A stretch of DNA of 54,344 bases from a virus. Taxonomy: Duplodnaviria > Caudoviricetes. Position 1 is the stretch's first letter. Each line of letters opens with the position of its first letter. The notes beneath the pieces were generated by a model. That model had not been told where the DNA came from. It was given only the letters and a program-made list of their open reading frames with translations, and did no database searches. Below are positions 1 to 9,542 of the stretch, in pieces. The DNA lies in IMG/VR virus record IMGVR_UViG_3300023184_000163, positions 1 to 54,344 of that record; one strand, given 5' to 3'. Both the position numbers and the translations under genes were made by a program.

Positions 1-685
1 TGTATTCTGCAACATGTAGTATTACATCTAGTCTACATTCATCTATGTCTAATAGTTCAGATGCTTTTATTCTTAAGTATCTTTCAAATCTATTTTCATG
101 GTTACCTGTAATGTAGTAAATAGGAATATCCGGGAATCTATTTCTGATATATGCAAGAAATTCTTTTCCTGCTTCTATCTCACCCTTAAAATGAACTTCT
201 CTTGGATCTTTCTCATGAAAAGATAGTTGGTAAAAGTCTAATAAGTCTCCGTTAATAAATATAGAATCTACTTTTTCTTCTTCAAACTTTTTAAACATTA
301 CTTCTAAAGCAGTATTATCATGATAAGGTATATGGACATCTCCAAATACTCCTAGTTTTTTGCAACCAGTTGGAAATGTAAATGAATTTCTTACTTTTGT
401 ATGTGATTCAGGTAATTGTAATTTATTTGACATAAATGTAGATTTTAATTCTTGTATATATTTAGAGTTTTTATTACTTAATTTTTTTCTTAAGTGTGAA
501 CCTTTTTGTCCACGATAATATCTTATTCTAGAATAAACATGCTCAAATGTTTCAAAAAATGCAGATTGTTCAGAATATACTTTTTTTGCTAAAGTTTTAG
601 AGGGTGCATTAGGAAACTTTTCAAGATATTCAAAAATAATATTAGTATTACTTTTTTTAGCACTTGGCTGTTTTATAATTGACAT
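1..685 (-). CDS. Calcineurin-like metallophosphoesterase (runs off the left edge; absent from the ORF track)
   Basis: Manual translation from ATG at 685: MSIIKQPSAKK...LGVFGDVHIPYHD...IFINGDLLDFY...YYITGNHENRFERY. The DxH, GDxxD and GNHE motifs occur in canonical order and the frame is open to the window edge. Confidence 0.88.
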   Translation of the reverse strand, partial: MSIIKQPSAKKSNTNIIFEYLEKFPNAPSKTLAKKVYSEQSAFFETFEHVYSRIRYYRGQKGSHLRKKLSNKNSKYIQELKSTFMSNKLQLPESHTKVRNSFTFPTGCKKLGVFGDVHIPYHDNTALEVMFKKFEEEKVDSIFINGDLLDFYQLSFHEKDPREVHFKGEIEAGKEFLAYIRNRFPDIPIYYITGNHENRFERYLRIKASELLDIDECRLDVILHVAEY

Positions 686-714
686 ATAATCATTATATTT
701 AATAAAAAAAAATC

Positions 715-1089
715 ATGTTTACATCAAAATTAATAAAAGAAAATGGAAAGTTAGTTTATCTAGATGATAAATCAAAATTAAATTATAAATTATTTTTAGA
801 AAAACTTCCTGAAGGCCAGGAAATTGAAATATTTATAGGTTTAGCAACAAGTAATAAAAGTGTTGCACAACTTGCAAAAGTATATGCATGTATAAGAGAA
901 TTAGCTAAAGAATCTGGTTATACATTTGAAGAAATGAAAACTTTAGTAAAAGAACAATCAGGATTATGCTATAGTACAGAAGAAGGAACAATATGTAAAT
1001 CTTTTGCAGATTGTTCTAAAGATGAAATAATGTTAACTATACAAGCTTGTATAGAAATTGGAAGAATATATAATATTAATCTTGAGTAG
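715..1089 (+). CDS. NinB/Orf-like recombination accessory protein (tentative)
   Basis: 124 aa. KSVAQLAKVY...ELAKESGYTFEEMK...KSFADCSKDEI resembles the RSxxQN...GY...STxxLSxxE pattern of NinB-like proteins. Confidence 0.5.
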   Translation: MFTSKLIKENGKLVYLDDKSKLNYKLFLEKLPEGQEIEIFIGLATSNKSVAQLAKVYACIRELAKESGYTFEEMKTLVKEQSGLCYSTEEGTICKSFADCSKDEIMLTIQACIEIGRIYNINLE

Positions 1090-1441
1090 TTGGATCTGGA
1101 ATATCAAATTCTTTTTGAATATTTTCAGGATTAAATCCTTCATCTTCAGGCATTAATACTTCTTTAGATTGAGTTAAATTATTGCTTATTGCTTCTTTTT
1201 CAATTTCTGCTAATAATAACATAACTGTATAAAAATTTTGTTGTGATTGAGATAAAGTATTATAATCAGGAAGTAACTTATTATCTTTTTTTTGCATTAA
1301 TTCATTAAAAATTTGTGATTCTTCTTGACTCATTAATTTATATAATGTAAATCCTAAATTTTTAAGCATAAAATAAAAACTTTTATTTAACTTAATGTTT
1401 ATAATAGCATTATCAGCTATTTCTGTAAATGTTTGTGGCAT
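1076..1441 (-). CDS. Hypothetical protein
   Basis: ORF track gives 1076..1459 from a TTG. The ATG at 1441 (MPQTFTEI) is more likely because the upstream part overlaps a promoter-like element. Confidence 0.7.
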   Translation of the reverse strand: MPQTFTEIADNAIINIKLNKSFYFMLKNLGFTLYKLMSQEESQIFNELMQKKDNKLLPDYNTLSQSQQNFYTVMLLLAEIEKEAISNNLTQSKEVLMPEDEGFNPENIQKEFDIPDPTTQD

Positions 1442-1456
1442 AATATAATTTTTTAA

Positions 1457-1485
1457 CAAATATAATAAAAAAATAGATTAACAAA
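1457..1485 (-). promoter_or_regulatory. Bacteroidota sigma70-type promoter (TTTG ... TAnnTTTG)
   Basis: Minus strand reads TTTG (1485-1482), 17 nt, then TATATTTG (1464-1457), ending 15 nt upstream of the ATG at 1441. This matches the Bacteroidota -33/-7 consensus. Confidence 0.6.
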
Positions 1486-1513
1486 AAAATAAACATAAAA
1501 ATATAATTTAACA

Positions 1514-2101
1514 ATGACAGAAATATTTATTAAACTAGCAGAAAATAAAATAACACCTAATTCTTTTTATGTTTTAAATTGTATAAAAGAAAATATTATA
1601 CCAAATTCTTATATTAATGCAGAATTAGAAACAAAAAAATTAATTAGTGAAAATTGGTTAAATAAAGATTTGACTTTAACAGATAAAAGTATTATATTTG
1701 TTACAGGAATAAATAGTTACTTTAAAAGTAGCAAAAAGAAAACCTCTCAAAACTTATTGGGAATTGATTTTATAAATAAAATACAGGAATATGTTGAAAC
1801 ATTTCCTAATAAAAAACTGTCTTCAGGCAAATATGCAAGAGTTAATCCAAAAAACCTTGAAGTTGCTTTTAGATGGTTCTTTGAAAATTACAATTATGAT
1901 TGGAATATTGTTATTGCAGCTACAGAAAAGTATGTTGATGAATTTAGCATAAGAAATTTTGAATTTATGAGAACTGCACAATATTTTATAAGAAAACAAG
2001 GAATTGATAAAACATATGAGTCTGATTTAGCAAATTATTGTGATATAATAATAAACGGTTCTGATGAGGAACAAGTATATTTTAAAGAAAGAATAGTATG
2101 A
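1514..2101 (+). CDS. Hypothetical protein, possible replication initiator / helicase loader
   Basis: 195 aa just upstream of the helicase. Short N-terminal helical domain plus ETFPNKK...RTAQYFI, reminiscent of the C-terminal domain of phage replisome organisers. Function is inferred. Confidence 0.5.
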   Translation: MTEIFIKLAENKITPNSFYVLNCIKENIIPNSYINAELETKKLISENWLNKDLTLTDKSIIFVTGINSYFKSSKKKTSQNLLGIDFINKIQEYVETFPNKKLSSGKYARVNPKNLEVAFRWFFENYNYDWNIVIAATEKYVDEFSIRNFEFMRTAQYFIRKQGIDKTYESDLANYCDIIINGSDEEQVYFKERIV

Positions 2102-2280
2102 GTAAAAAAACAAAGTTATTTATGATTGCTATAGTGGGGAGTGTGATTGCTTTTATGTTGATTGATTTATTAGTTATTAATATAAGTGTACTTAACTATA
2201 TTTTTATAGAGTTAATTGTAACAGTTATGCATTCGCTATATAATATAGCAAAGATTCAAATTAAACCTAATCTAGATTAA
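2098..2280 (+). CDS. Small membrane protein
   Basis: 60 aa with a basic N-terminus and two hydrophobic segments. ATGA overlap with the upstream gene and 1-nt gap to the helicase. Confidence 0.65.
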   Translation: MSKKTKLFMIAIVGSVIAFMLIDLLVINISVLNYIFIELIVTVMHSLYNIAKIQIKPNLD

Positions 2281-2281
2281 A

Positions 2282-3280
2282 ATGGCAGAATTATTTAATG
2301 GTGCAAGGCCTTTAGTGCCTGTAAGTGAAAGAGACTCTTTAAAAAAAGCTATTCTTAAAATGAAAGCTAGAAGAAATGGTGATATTAAATCACTTAAGAG
2401 TGCATGGCCCAAATTTAATGATGCTTTTTGTGATGGATTAGAATGGAGAACTATCACCGTAGTTGGTGCTAGACCTGGAACAGGTAAAACTTTATTTATG
2501 GAACAGTTAATTAGTGATGTTATAAATAACAATGCTGACCAAGAATTTAGAGTTTTAAAGTTTCAGTTTGAAATGTTAGATGAAACTAACGGTATAAGAA
2601 AATTGAGTCTGAATACAGGGTATGATTACAACACATTAATGAGTAAAGGTTCACCAGTAGATAAAGCAATTTATCAAAAATGTATTGATTATTATCACAA
2701 ATATGAAGATAAGGATTTTATAAATGTAGTTTATGATGCTTGTACAGTTGATGAAATGTGTGCTACCATTCATTATGAAATGGAAAAATACAAAGAAGAA
2801 GATGGTACATATCCTAATATGCTTGTGTCTATAGATCATTCTGCTTTATTTAGAGTTGGTAAAGGTCAAAAAGATAAATTTGAAATGTTATATGCATTAG
2901 GTGAAGGCCTAACTATGATGAAGAAAAAATATCCAATTGCTTTTGTTGTTCTTAGTCAGTTAAATAGAAATATTGATAATGCTGATAGAGCCCGTGATGG
3001 AGAATATGGAAATTATGTGTTAGATTCTGATTTGTTTGGTGCAGATGCATTGTTGCAACATGCTGATGTAGTTCTTGGTATAAATAAACCTTCTATAAGA
3101 AAAATAAGACAATATGGTCCCGAGAGGTTTATTATAGCTGATGAAGATACATTAGTATTTCACTTTCTAAAGTCTAGAAATGGTACTACAAGATTAAGTT
3201 TTTTTAAACTTGATAGAACTACTATGAGAATTGTTGAAATAGCAACTCCTGCTCAAGCTACAAAAAAAGTAATAATTTAA
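2282..3280 (+). CDS. dnaB: DnaB-like (SF4) replicative helicase
   Basis: Walker A GARPGTGKT, FEM, IDH, LSQLNR, QHADVV and KSRNG motifs. Confidence 0.93.
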   Translation: MAELFNGARPLVPVSERDSLKKAILKMKARRNGDIKSLKSAWPKFNDAFCDGLEWRTITVVGARPGTGKTLFMEQLISDVINNNADQEFRVLKFQFEMLDETNGIRKLSLNTGYDYNTLMSKGSPVDKAIYQKCIDYYHKYEDKDFINVVYDACTVDEMCATIHYEMEKYKEEDGTYPNMLVSIDHSALFRVGKGQKDKFEMLYALGEGLTMMKKKYPIAFVVLSQLNRNIDNADRARDGEYGNYVLDSDLFGADALLQHADVVLGINKPSIRKIRQYGPERFIIADEDTLVFHFLKSRNGTTRLSFFKLDRTTMRIVEIATPAQATKKVII

Positions 3281-3290
3281 AAATTAATTT

Positions 3291-3899
3291 ATGTATAACA
3301 GAAAAGAAAAAGAAAGAGAGTTCTTTACTTATCATCTTGATAAGTTTAATAAACTCAAAATAAATGATCCTTTTTTTGTTGTAAAAACTGCATTTTTCCA
3401 AAAAGGAAAGTATGGTAAACAATTACAACTATTTGAAAGTGAATTGAAAAGAGGAGAAGATATTTTTATTGAATTTATTGAAATTGATAGAGATGAAAAC
3501 AATAGAGAAATTAATATTGTTCCAAATAATTCTAACAGAGATTTATTTAAATTTAAATATAATCCTTATTTTTTAGAAGAGTATGAAATAAAAGAAGGTA
3601 ATAACTCTAAAGGAGAACCTTATCAAGCTTTTATAATTCCTTTATCTGAATTAACTGTAATATTACCTGATGGTAATGAAATTACATATGGTTTGTTTGA
3701 AAAAAGAAAAGAACAAGAAATTCAAAAAGAAGAATCTTTACCAAAATTACAAACAACATTAAGTATATTTCCAGATTTTGAAGAAAAGTATGCTCTTAAA
3801 AATGATAAAGAAGTATTTCATTCTAATGAAGAATCAGTTTCTGATATTCTATTAAGAATTGCAACAGATTTTGAAAAATTAGCACAAAAACTAAAGTAA
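3291..3899 (+). CDS. Hypothetical protein in the replication operon
   Basis: 202-aa ORF tightly packed between the helicase and the NTPase; no family recognised. Confidence 0.75.
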   Translation: MYNRKEKEREFFTYHLDKFNKLKINDPFFVVKTAFFQKGKYGKQLQLFESELKRGEDIFIEFIEIDRDENNREINIVPNNSNRDLFKFKYNPYFLEEYEIKEGNNSKGEPYQAFIIPLSELTVILPDGNEITYGLFEKRKEQEIQKEESLPKLQTTLSIFPDFEEKYALKNDKEVFHSNEESVSDILLRIATDFEKLAQKLK

Positions 3900-3900
3900 A

Positions 3901-4623
3901 ATGAGTATAGTACTTCCAACAAAAAAAGAAAAACCAACAAGATTTAATCCTAAAAGATTAATTATTTATTCTAAACCTAAAACAGGAAAAACAACTGCTT
4001 TTTCTGGCCTAGAAGATAATTTATTAATGGATTTAGAAAATGGTTCTGATTATGTAGAGGCTATGAAAATTAAAATTTCAAGTCTTAAGGAACTTCTAGA
4101 TGCTGGTAAAGCAATTAAAGAAGCAAACAATCCATATAAGTATCTTACTATAGATACAGTAACTGCATTAGAAGATATGGTAATGCCTTTGGCAATAAAA
4201 TTATACAAAGAAACATCTATGGGTAAAAACTATGATGGAGACAATGTATTAAGTTTACCAAATGGTGCAGGATATTTATATTTAAGACAAGCTTTTTTTC
4301 AAGTTTTAGATTTTATTGATACCTTAGCACCCCATATTATTTTATCTGGTCATATTAAAGACAAACAGGTAGATGATAAAGGAGAAATGGTAATGGCAGC
4401 TAATATAGATTTAACTGGTAAAATTAAATCTTTAATATGTGCTAATGCTGATGCAATAGGATATATGTTTAGAAAAGGTAATAAAACAATTTTATCTTTT
4501 AAAACTAGTGAAGAAGTAACTTGTGGTGCAAGACCAGAACACCTAAGAAATGAAGAGATAGTAGTTTCTGAAATGAATGATAAAGGTGAAATTATTTTTC
4601 ACTGGGATAAAATATATGTGTAA
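3901..4623 (+). CDS. Sak4/AAA_24-like P-loop NTPase (single-strand annealing recombinase family)
   Basis: YSKPKTGKT Walker A, DLENG, LTIDTVT Walker B, GAGY and ADAIGY. Directly precedes an SSB-like gene, the usual Sak4 context. Confidence 0.82.
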   Translation: MSIVLPTKKEKPTRFNPKRLIIYSKPKTGKTTAFSGLEDNLLMDLENGSDYVEAMKIKISSLKELLDAGKAIKEANNPYKYLTIDTVTALEDMVMPLAIKLYKETSMGKNYDGDNVLSLPNGAGYLYLRQAFFQVLDFIDTLAPHIILSGHIKDKQVDDKGEMVMAANIDLTGKIKSLICANADAIGYMFRKGNKTILSFKTSEEVTCGARPEHLRNEEIVVSEMNDKGEIIFHWDKIYV

Positions 4624-4642
4624 CAAATAAAAAAAAATAAAA

Positions 4643-5323
4643 ATGGGATTAAGTACAACAGACTTGGGCACAGGCTCAGGAGGAGCAAAAACAATTGCAC
4701 CAGGTAATCATGTATTAAAAATTAATAGTCTTGAATTAGAAGATTTTAGATTTATTGATGGTGCATATCATTTAATATTACATGTTGAAACAGAACCTAT
4801 TGCAGGTTTTGAAGGATTTATGATTGATAAAGATGATGAATCAAAAGGACACTATGAAGGTCAAATTGGTAGAGTAAAAGCTAGTCAATATGCATTTGCA
4901 GATGGTGAAACTAAATCTGGAATTAAAATTCAAAGAGACAGATCAATATTAATTTTCTTACAAAATTTATCTAAAACTCTTGGTTTTAATGAATGGTTTG
5001 TAGGAGAAAATGATAAACATAGTACTATTGAAGATTTTGTAAATGCTTTTAACAAAGCAGGTCTTTTTCAAGATAAGTATTTAGAATTTTGTGTAGCTGG
5101 TAAAGAATATTTAAACAAGTCTGGTTATATTAATTATGATATGTATTTAGCTAAATCAGAAAAAGGTAAATATGCTTATGGTGAAATTGAAGAAGGTAAA
5201 GTTTTAGTTTATGATGAAGCAAAATATCTTAAAAAACTAGAAGTTACTGAAGTAAAGAAATTTGGTGATGATGATGATTTTTCTACAACTACAAAATCAA
5301 GTTCTGATTTCAATCTAGACTAA
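4643..5323 (+). CDS. Probable single-stranded DNA-binding protein
   Basis: IAPGNHVLKI beta-rich start, acidic tail DDDDF...SSDFNLD, and position between the Sak4-like gene and the primase. Confidence 0.6.
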   Translation: MGLSTTDLGTGSGGAKTIAPGNHVLKINSLELEDFRFIDGAYHLILHVETEPIAGFEGFMIDKDDESKGHYEGQIGRVKASQYAFADGETKSGIKIQRDRSILIFLQNLSKTLGFNEWFVGENDKHSTIEDFVNAFNKAGLFQDKYLEFCVAGKEYLNKSGYINYDMYLAKSEKGKYAYGEIEEGKVLVYDEAKYLKKLEVTEVKKFGDDDDFSTTTKSSSDFNLD

Positions 5324-5338
5324 ATAAAATTTAGTTAT

Positions 5339-5368
5339 AAGAGGAATCAGAAATGGTTCCTCTTTTTT
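5339..5368 (+). terminator. Intrinsic terminator
   Basis: AAGAGGAATCA-GAAA-TGGTTCCTCTT followed by a T run. Confidence 0.85.
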
Positions 5369-5386
5369 ATTGTTAAAATTTATATT

Positions 5387-6370
5387 ATGATTTCAACTAA
5401 ACACATAATTTCAGATTTAAGAGATGTACCAAGAGAATGGGTTTTTGAAAATTATTTAAATTTAAAAGAAAAACTCACAGGACAAGATGTTAAAATTTTA
5501 TCTGCATTTAATTCAAAAGATAAAGTACCTTCAATGTGTATTTATACAGATACAATTTCAGGATACTATAAGTTTAAAGATTTTTCATCTGGTATTCAAG
5601 GAGATACAATAGAATTAGTTAAAGCATTATATAATATGCCAACTAGAGCTAATGCAGTAAATAAAATACTTTCTGATTATGAAGACTTTCTTGCTAATAA
5701 TACTTTTTTTGAAAAAAGAGAGTTTAAAATTCATGATAAATTTAAAGTAGTTGACCATGAAATAAGACATTGGAATACAATAGATCAACAATATTGGACA
5801 AGATTTAAAATTGGTTCTAAATTACTTGAGCATTATAATGTATCACCATTGCAATATTTTACAATGGAAAAAAAAGATATAGATGGTACTATAATTTTAT
5901 TTAGATTTGAAAGACCATATACTTATGGATATTTTAGAAATGATGGTTCTTTGTATAAAGTTTATATGCCAAAAAATTCTGATAAAAAATTCATTAAAGT
6001 ACAAAATTATGTACAAGGTCTTGATCAAATAAGTTATGAAAAAGATTATTTAATTATAACTTCTTCTTTAAAAGATCTTATGGTATTTCAAAAACTTAGA
6101 ATAGTTAATGCAGAATCTATAGCACCAGACAGTGAGAATACTATGATTCCAGAGTCTACAATCAACAAACTTAGTAAAAGATATAAATCTATAATTGTAT
6201 TGTTTGATAATGATGAACCTGGTATCAAAGCTGCTGAAAGATATAAACATAAATATAATTTTAGTTATGTTGTTCTTCCTATGGAAAAAGATTTATCTGA
6301 TTCTATTGAAAAACATGGAGTTGATAAAGTTAGAGGAATATTATTACCTTTACTAAAACAAGCATTATGA
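5387..6370 (+). CDS. DnaG-type (Toprim) DNA primase
   Basis: Degenerate N-terminal zinc-ribbon-like region (SAFNSKDKVPSM...KDFSSGIQGD) and Toprim motifs LIITSSLKD, LFDNDEPG, KDLSD. Confidence 0.85.
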   Translation: MISTKHIISDLRDVPREWVFENYLNLKEKLTGQDVKILSAFNSKDKVPSMCIYTDTISGYYKFKDFSSGIQGDTIELVKALYNMPTRANAVNKILSDYEDFLANNTFFEKREFKIHDKFKVVDHEIRHWNTIDQQYWTRFKIGSKLLEHYNVSPLQYFTMEKKDIDGTIILFRFERPYTYGYFRNDGSLYKVYMPKNSDKKFIKVQNYVQGLDQISYEKDYLIITSSLKDLMVFQKLRIVNAESIAPDSENTMIPESTINKLSKRYKSIIVLFDNDEPGIKAAERYKHKYNFSYVVLPMEKDLSDSIEKHGVDKVRGILLPLLKQAL

Positions 6371-6792
6371 GTTGGATTTACCAAGGTAAAAAGTTTACTG
6401 AAACAAATATACCAGAAAATGGTATTGGATTTGTTTATCACATGTCAGTGATATTAAATGGAAATACTTATGCCTATATTGGTAAAAAGAATTTCTTTTC
6501 AAATGTAAAAAAGAAACTTGGTAAAAAAGCTTTAGCATTAGTTACTGATAAAAGGTTAAAGAAATATACTAAAGAACAAAAAGCTAATTTTGAAAATTAC
6601 TACAGTAGTAATCAACAATTAAAAGAAGCTCACAAAGCAGGAGTTACTATTAAAAGAGAGATCTTGTTAATTTGTTATTCTGCTACAGAATTAACTTATC
6701 AAGAAGTAAAGCACCAGTTTAAGTATGAAGTGCTTGAGAAAGAAAATTATTTAAATGCCAATATCCTTGGCAGATTTTACAAAACAAAATAA
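6367..6792 (+). CDS. Free-standing GIY-YIG family endonuclease
   Basis: GFVY...YIGKKNF, YYSS, REIL, E and YLNxNI pattern of short phage GIY-YIG nucleases. Confidence 0.75.
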   Translation: MSWIYQGKKFTETNIPENGIGFVYHMSVILNGNTYAYIGKKNFFSNVKKKLGKKALALVTDKRLKKYTKEQKANFENYYSSNQQLKEAHKAGVTIKREILLICYSATELTYQEVKHQFKYEVLEKENYLNANILGRFYKTK

Positions 6793-6793
6793 T

Positions 6794-7213
6794 ATGACAG
6801 AAAATGAAATGACAGACCTTCTATTAAAGTTGGCTGACCTTGGTGTTACGGGAATTAAGCTATTCTACTCAGGTGGAGGTGATTCTGGAGCAATTGATGA
6901 TGTTGTGTATACAACAAGTAAACTAAACAAAGATGATGAAGATGCTTTTAATGAAATCAATGATTTAGCAAATTATGGAGAAGATGTTAATCATTTATCA
7001 CATCTTGACTCAGCCTTAGCTGCTGACATAGAAAGTTTTGCTGAAGAGAAAATTTTAAGTGATATTGAGGATTGGTGGAACAATGATGGTGGATATGGTG
7101 TAATGCTTATTCAGATACCATCAGGCAAATACAAAATCTATAATGAGATTTACATTACCAATAGTGAATCTTATGAGCATGAGGGTAGTTTAATTGATCA
7201 AAGCTTAGACTAA
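6794..7213 (+). CDS. Acidic conserved hypothetical protein (DUF6878-like)
   Basis: YSGGGDSGAID and DWWNNDGGYG motifs. Start moved from 6755 to the in-frame ATG at 6794, just after the upstream stop. Family name is from recall. Confidence 0.65.
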   Translation: MTENEMTDLLLKLADLGVTGIKLFYSGGGDSGAIDDVVYTTSKLNKDDEDAFNEINDLANYGEDVNHLSHLDSALAADIESFAEEKILSDIEDWWNNDGGYGVMLIQIPSGKYKIYNEIYITNSESYEHEGSLIDQSLD

Positions 7214-7476
7214 TGGAAGAGAAAAAATTCAATGAAGCTAAGGCTACAAAAGAAATGATTGATAAGCTTCACACTAGAGTTCTTAAACTTCAAGAAGCAA
7301 TAGCAGGTACTATGAATAGAGTTACTGTAGAATATGTTAGTGGTGAAGGAAGATTTTCAAGACCTGGTGAAATTTATTTAAACAATGCTGCAGATATCAG
7401 AGATCTTATGCAAAAAGAGTATGAAGAGATACAGCTTGAGTTAGTTAAATTAAGAGAAAAATTTAAAAGTTTGTAA
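7213..7476 (+). CDS. Hypothetical coiled-coil protein
   Basis: 87 aa with a TAATG overlap with the upstream gene. Confidence 0.7.
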   Translation: MEEKKFNEAKATKEMIDKLHTRVLKLQEAIAGTMNRVTVEYVSGEGRFSRPGEIYLNNAADIRDLMQKEYEEIQLELVKLREKFKSL

Positions 7477-7477
7477 T

Positions 7478-7825
7478 ATGGCGCATCCCTATCAACATGC
7501 TATATCTTCAGCTAGAAAGTTTGGCGGTATTCCAGAAGATTATGTAGAAATCCATAAATGGTTTGATGCTACTAAAGCATGGGTAGGTCACAGTAAACAT
7601 AGAATGTTCCGTCACCACAGTGAAGGAATATTTGAATGTGAAAGAATATTTGGACCTTACTTTCTAAATTCTGATGACAAAAGAGTGTATACAAGATATG
7701 TTGGTGAACAACATGTAAAAGAAGATTGTAATAATTACATTCCTACTGCTAAAGAATGGGTTGATATGATATCATCAGGTAAACCTAAAGAATGGGCAAT
7801 AAAAACACTTAAAATAGAAGACTGA
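7478..7825 (+). CDS. His-rich conserved protein (DUF6915-like)
   Basis: HPYQHAISSARKFGG, IHKWFD, HRMFRHHSEG and EQHVKED motifs, suggesting metal binding. Family name is from recall. Confidence 0.72.
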   Translation: MAHPYQHAISSARKFGGIPEDYVEIHKWFDATKAWVGHSKHRMFRHHSEGIFECERIFGPYFLNSDDKRVYTRYVGEQHVKEDCNNYIPTAKEWVDMISSGKPKEWAIKTLKIED

Positions 7826-7947
7826 TGACAGAAGAAGAATTATATAAGTGGATATACAATTTAAAATTGCAAACACTTACAGATGAACTTAAAGATACTA
7901 TAGTTGAAAAAATTCAAGATTTAGTTTGGACTTTAACAAATAAATAA
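7825..7947 (+). CDS. 40-aa hypothetical protein (below ORF-track cutoff)
   Basis: MTEEELYKWIYNLKLQTLTDELKDTIVEKIQDLVWTLTNK. TGATG overlap upstream and 1-nt gap downstream; it fills the gap exactly. Confidence 0.7.
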   Translation: MTEEELYKWIYNLKLQTLTDELKDTIVEKIQDLVWTLTNK

Positions 7948-7948
7948 T

Positions 7949-8353
7949 ATGATTTTAAACAAACAAGAAATTAAAAATATATTAAGTATGTTACTTTCTG
8001 AAGATAAAGAAAATGCTGTAATTGCTTTTTCTTGTCTTTATAACTATGCTAGTAAAAAATATTTAGGTGAATTATTAGTATTATATCAATTTGGTAGAAT
8101 ATCAGCTGAAGAATGGGAAAAAGAATGTAAAAAAGTTTTTAAACTTTTAAAAAATGTTTTAAAACTTGATAGTAAAGATTATAGATTACCTTCTTCTACA
8201 GTATTTTCTGCTTTAACATCTAATAAATGTAGTAAAGAATCAATAGAATTATATTTAGAATTATTTACTAATCAACTTTCTAATAATTTATATAATATGG
8301 GTTACCCTACTGATAAACTTGAAATTAGTGTAAAAATAAAAGACAATGACTAG
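7949..8353 (+). CDS. Hypothetical protein
   Basis: 134-aa ORF overlapping the vWA gene by 8 nt. Confidence 0.7.
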   Translation: MILNKQEIKNILSMLLSEDKENAVIAFSCLYNYASKKYLGELLVLYQFGRISAEEWEKECKKVFKLLKNVLKLDSKDYRLPSSTVFSALTSNKCSKESIELYLELFTNQLSNNLYNMGYPTDKLEISVKIKDND

Positions 8354-9533
8354 AGAAGATACTTTAAGTAAAACAGGAAAAGATTTAATGTTGAAAGAGC
8401 CCTATTATGGGTTCTTTCTCATTAAGCTAAATAAAATTTGGAATAAAAGAATACCAACTGCTGGTGTTTGTAAAAATGGTATTAATTATCAATTAGTAAT
8501 AAATGAAGATTTTTGGACAAATTTATCTGAAGATCATAGATTAGGCTTACTTAAACATGAGCTTTTACATATTGCTTTTGGTCACTTAACTACTGTATTT
8601 AAGTTTAGTGATAGAAGATTAGCAAATATTGCTATGGATATGGAAATAAATCAATATATTAGTGATGACTTACTACCAGTTGGTGGTATTGATATTAATA
8701 ATTATCCTGATTTAAATCTAAATACTAAAGCAGGTTGTAGATATTATTATGATAAGCTTAAAGAAGCTAAGAATGAAAAAGATACAAATGGTACAAGTGG
8801 TGATGAAAAGTATGATGATCTTTGTGATCAAATGGATGCTGGTGATGGTGCTGATCTGCCTGACCATAGTACTTGGGATGAGTTTGAAAATCTTACAGAA
8901 GCTGAACAAAAACTTATTGAGAAACAAATACAGAAAATACTCTCAGATGCAAAAGAAGACACACTTAAGAAGAGAGGTAATGTACCTGGAGAAATAGAAG
9001 GTGTTCTTATACTTGAAGAAGTTGTTGCTGCTAAGTTTGATTGGAAAGGATATATCAGAAGATTTAATGGAATTTCAACTAAAGTTTATACTAAAAAAGT
9101 TAGAAGAAAAGAAAATAAAAGATATGATGCAAATCCTGGTCTTAAAATTAAGATGAAACAGCATATGTTATTGGGTATTGATACTTCTGGTTCAGTAAGT
9201 GATCATGAACTACAAGAGTTTATGAATGAAATACACCATATACATAAATCAGGTGTAGATATTACAGTTATACAATGTGATACTAGAATCAATTCTATTG
9301 AAGCTTACAAAGGTAAATTAGAAATGACTGTATCAGGAAGAGGAGGAACAGAGTTTGATCCTGTCTTAAATTATTATAATGAAAATCAAGGTTTATATAC
9401 AAGTTTAGTATATTTTACTGACGGTGAATGTAATACATCTGTAACACCAAAAGGAAATGTTCTTTGGGTTTTGTCAGAACAATCATATATGAATGAAGAT
9501 CTTCCAGGTAAGGTCATTAAATTAGAACTTTAA
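8346..9533 (+). CDS. Metallopeptidase-like (HExxH) plus vWA domain protein (DUF2201 type)
   Basis: PTAGV, LKHELLH, NIAMDMEINQ and DHSTW in the N-terminal part; MIDAS elements IDTSGS, GRGGTEF and YFTDG in the C-terminal part. Confidence 0.9.
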   Translation: MTREDTLSKTGKDLMLKEPYYGFFLIKLNKIWNKRIPTAGVCKNGINYQLVINEDFWTNLSEDHRLGLLKHELLHIAFGHLTTVFKFSDRRLANIAMDMEINQYISDDLLPVGGIDINNYPDLNLNTKAGCRYYYDKLKEAKNEKDTNGTSGDEKYDDLCDQMDAGDGADLPDHSTWDEFENLTEAEQKLIEKQIQKILSDAKEDTLKKRGNVPGEIEGVLILEEVVAAKFDWKGYIRRFNGISTKVYTKKVRRKENKRYDANPGLKIKMKQHMLLGIDTSGSVSDHELQEFMNEIHHIHKSGVDITVIQCDTRINSIEAYKGKLEMTVSGRGGTEFDPVLNYYNENQGLYTSLVYFTDGECNTSVTPKGNVLWVLSEQSYMNEDLPGKVIKLEL

Positions 9534-9542
9534 AAGAAAATT

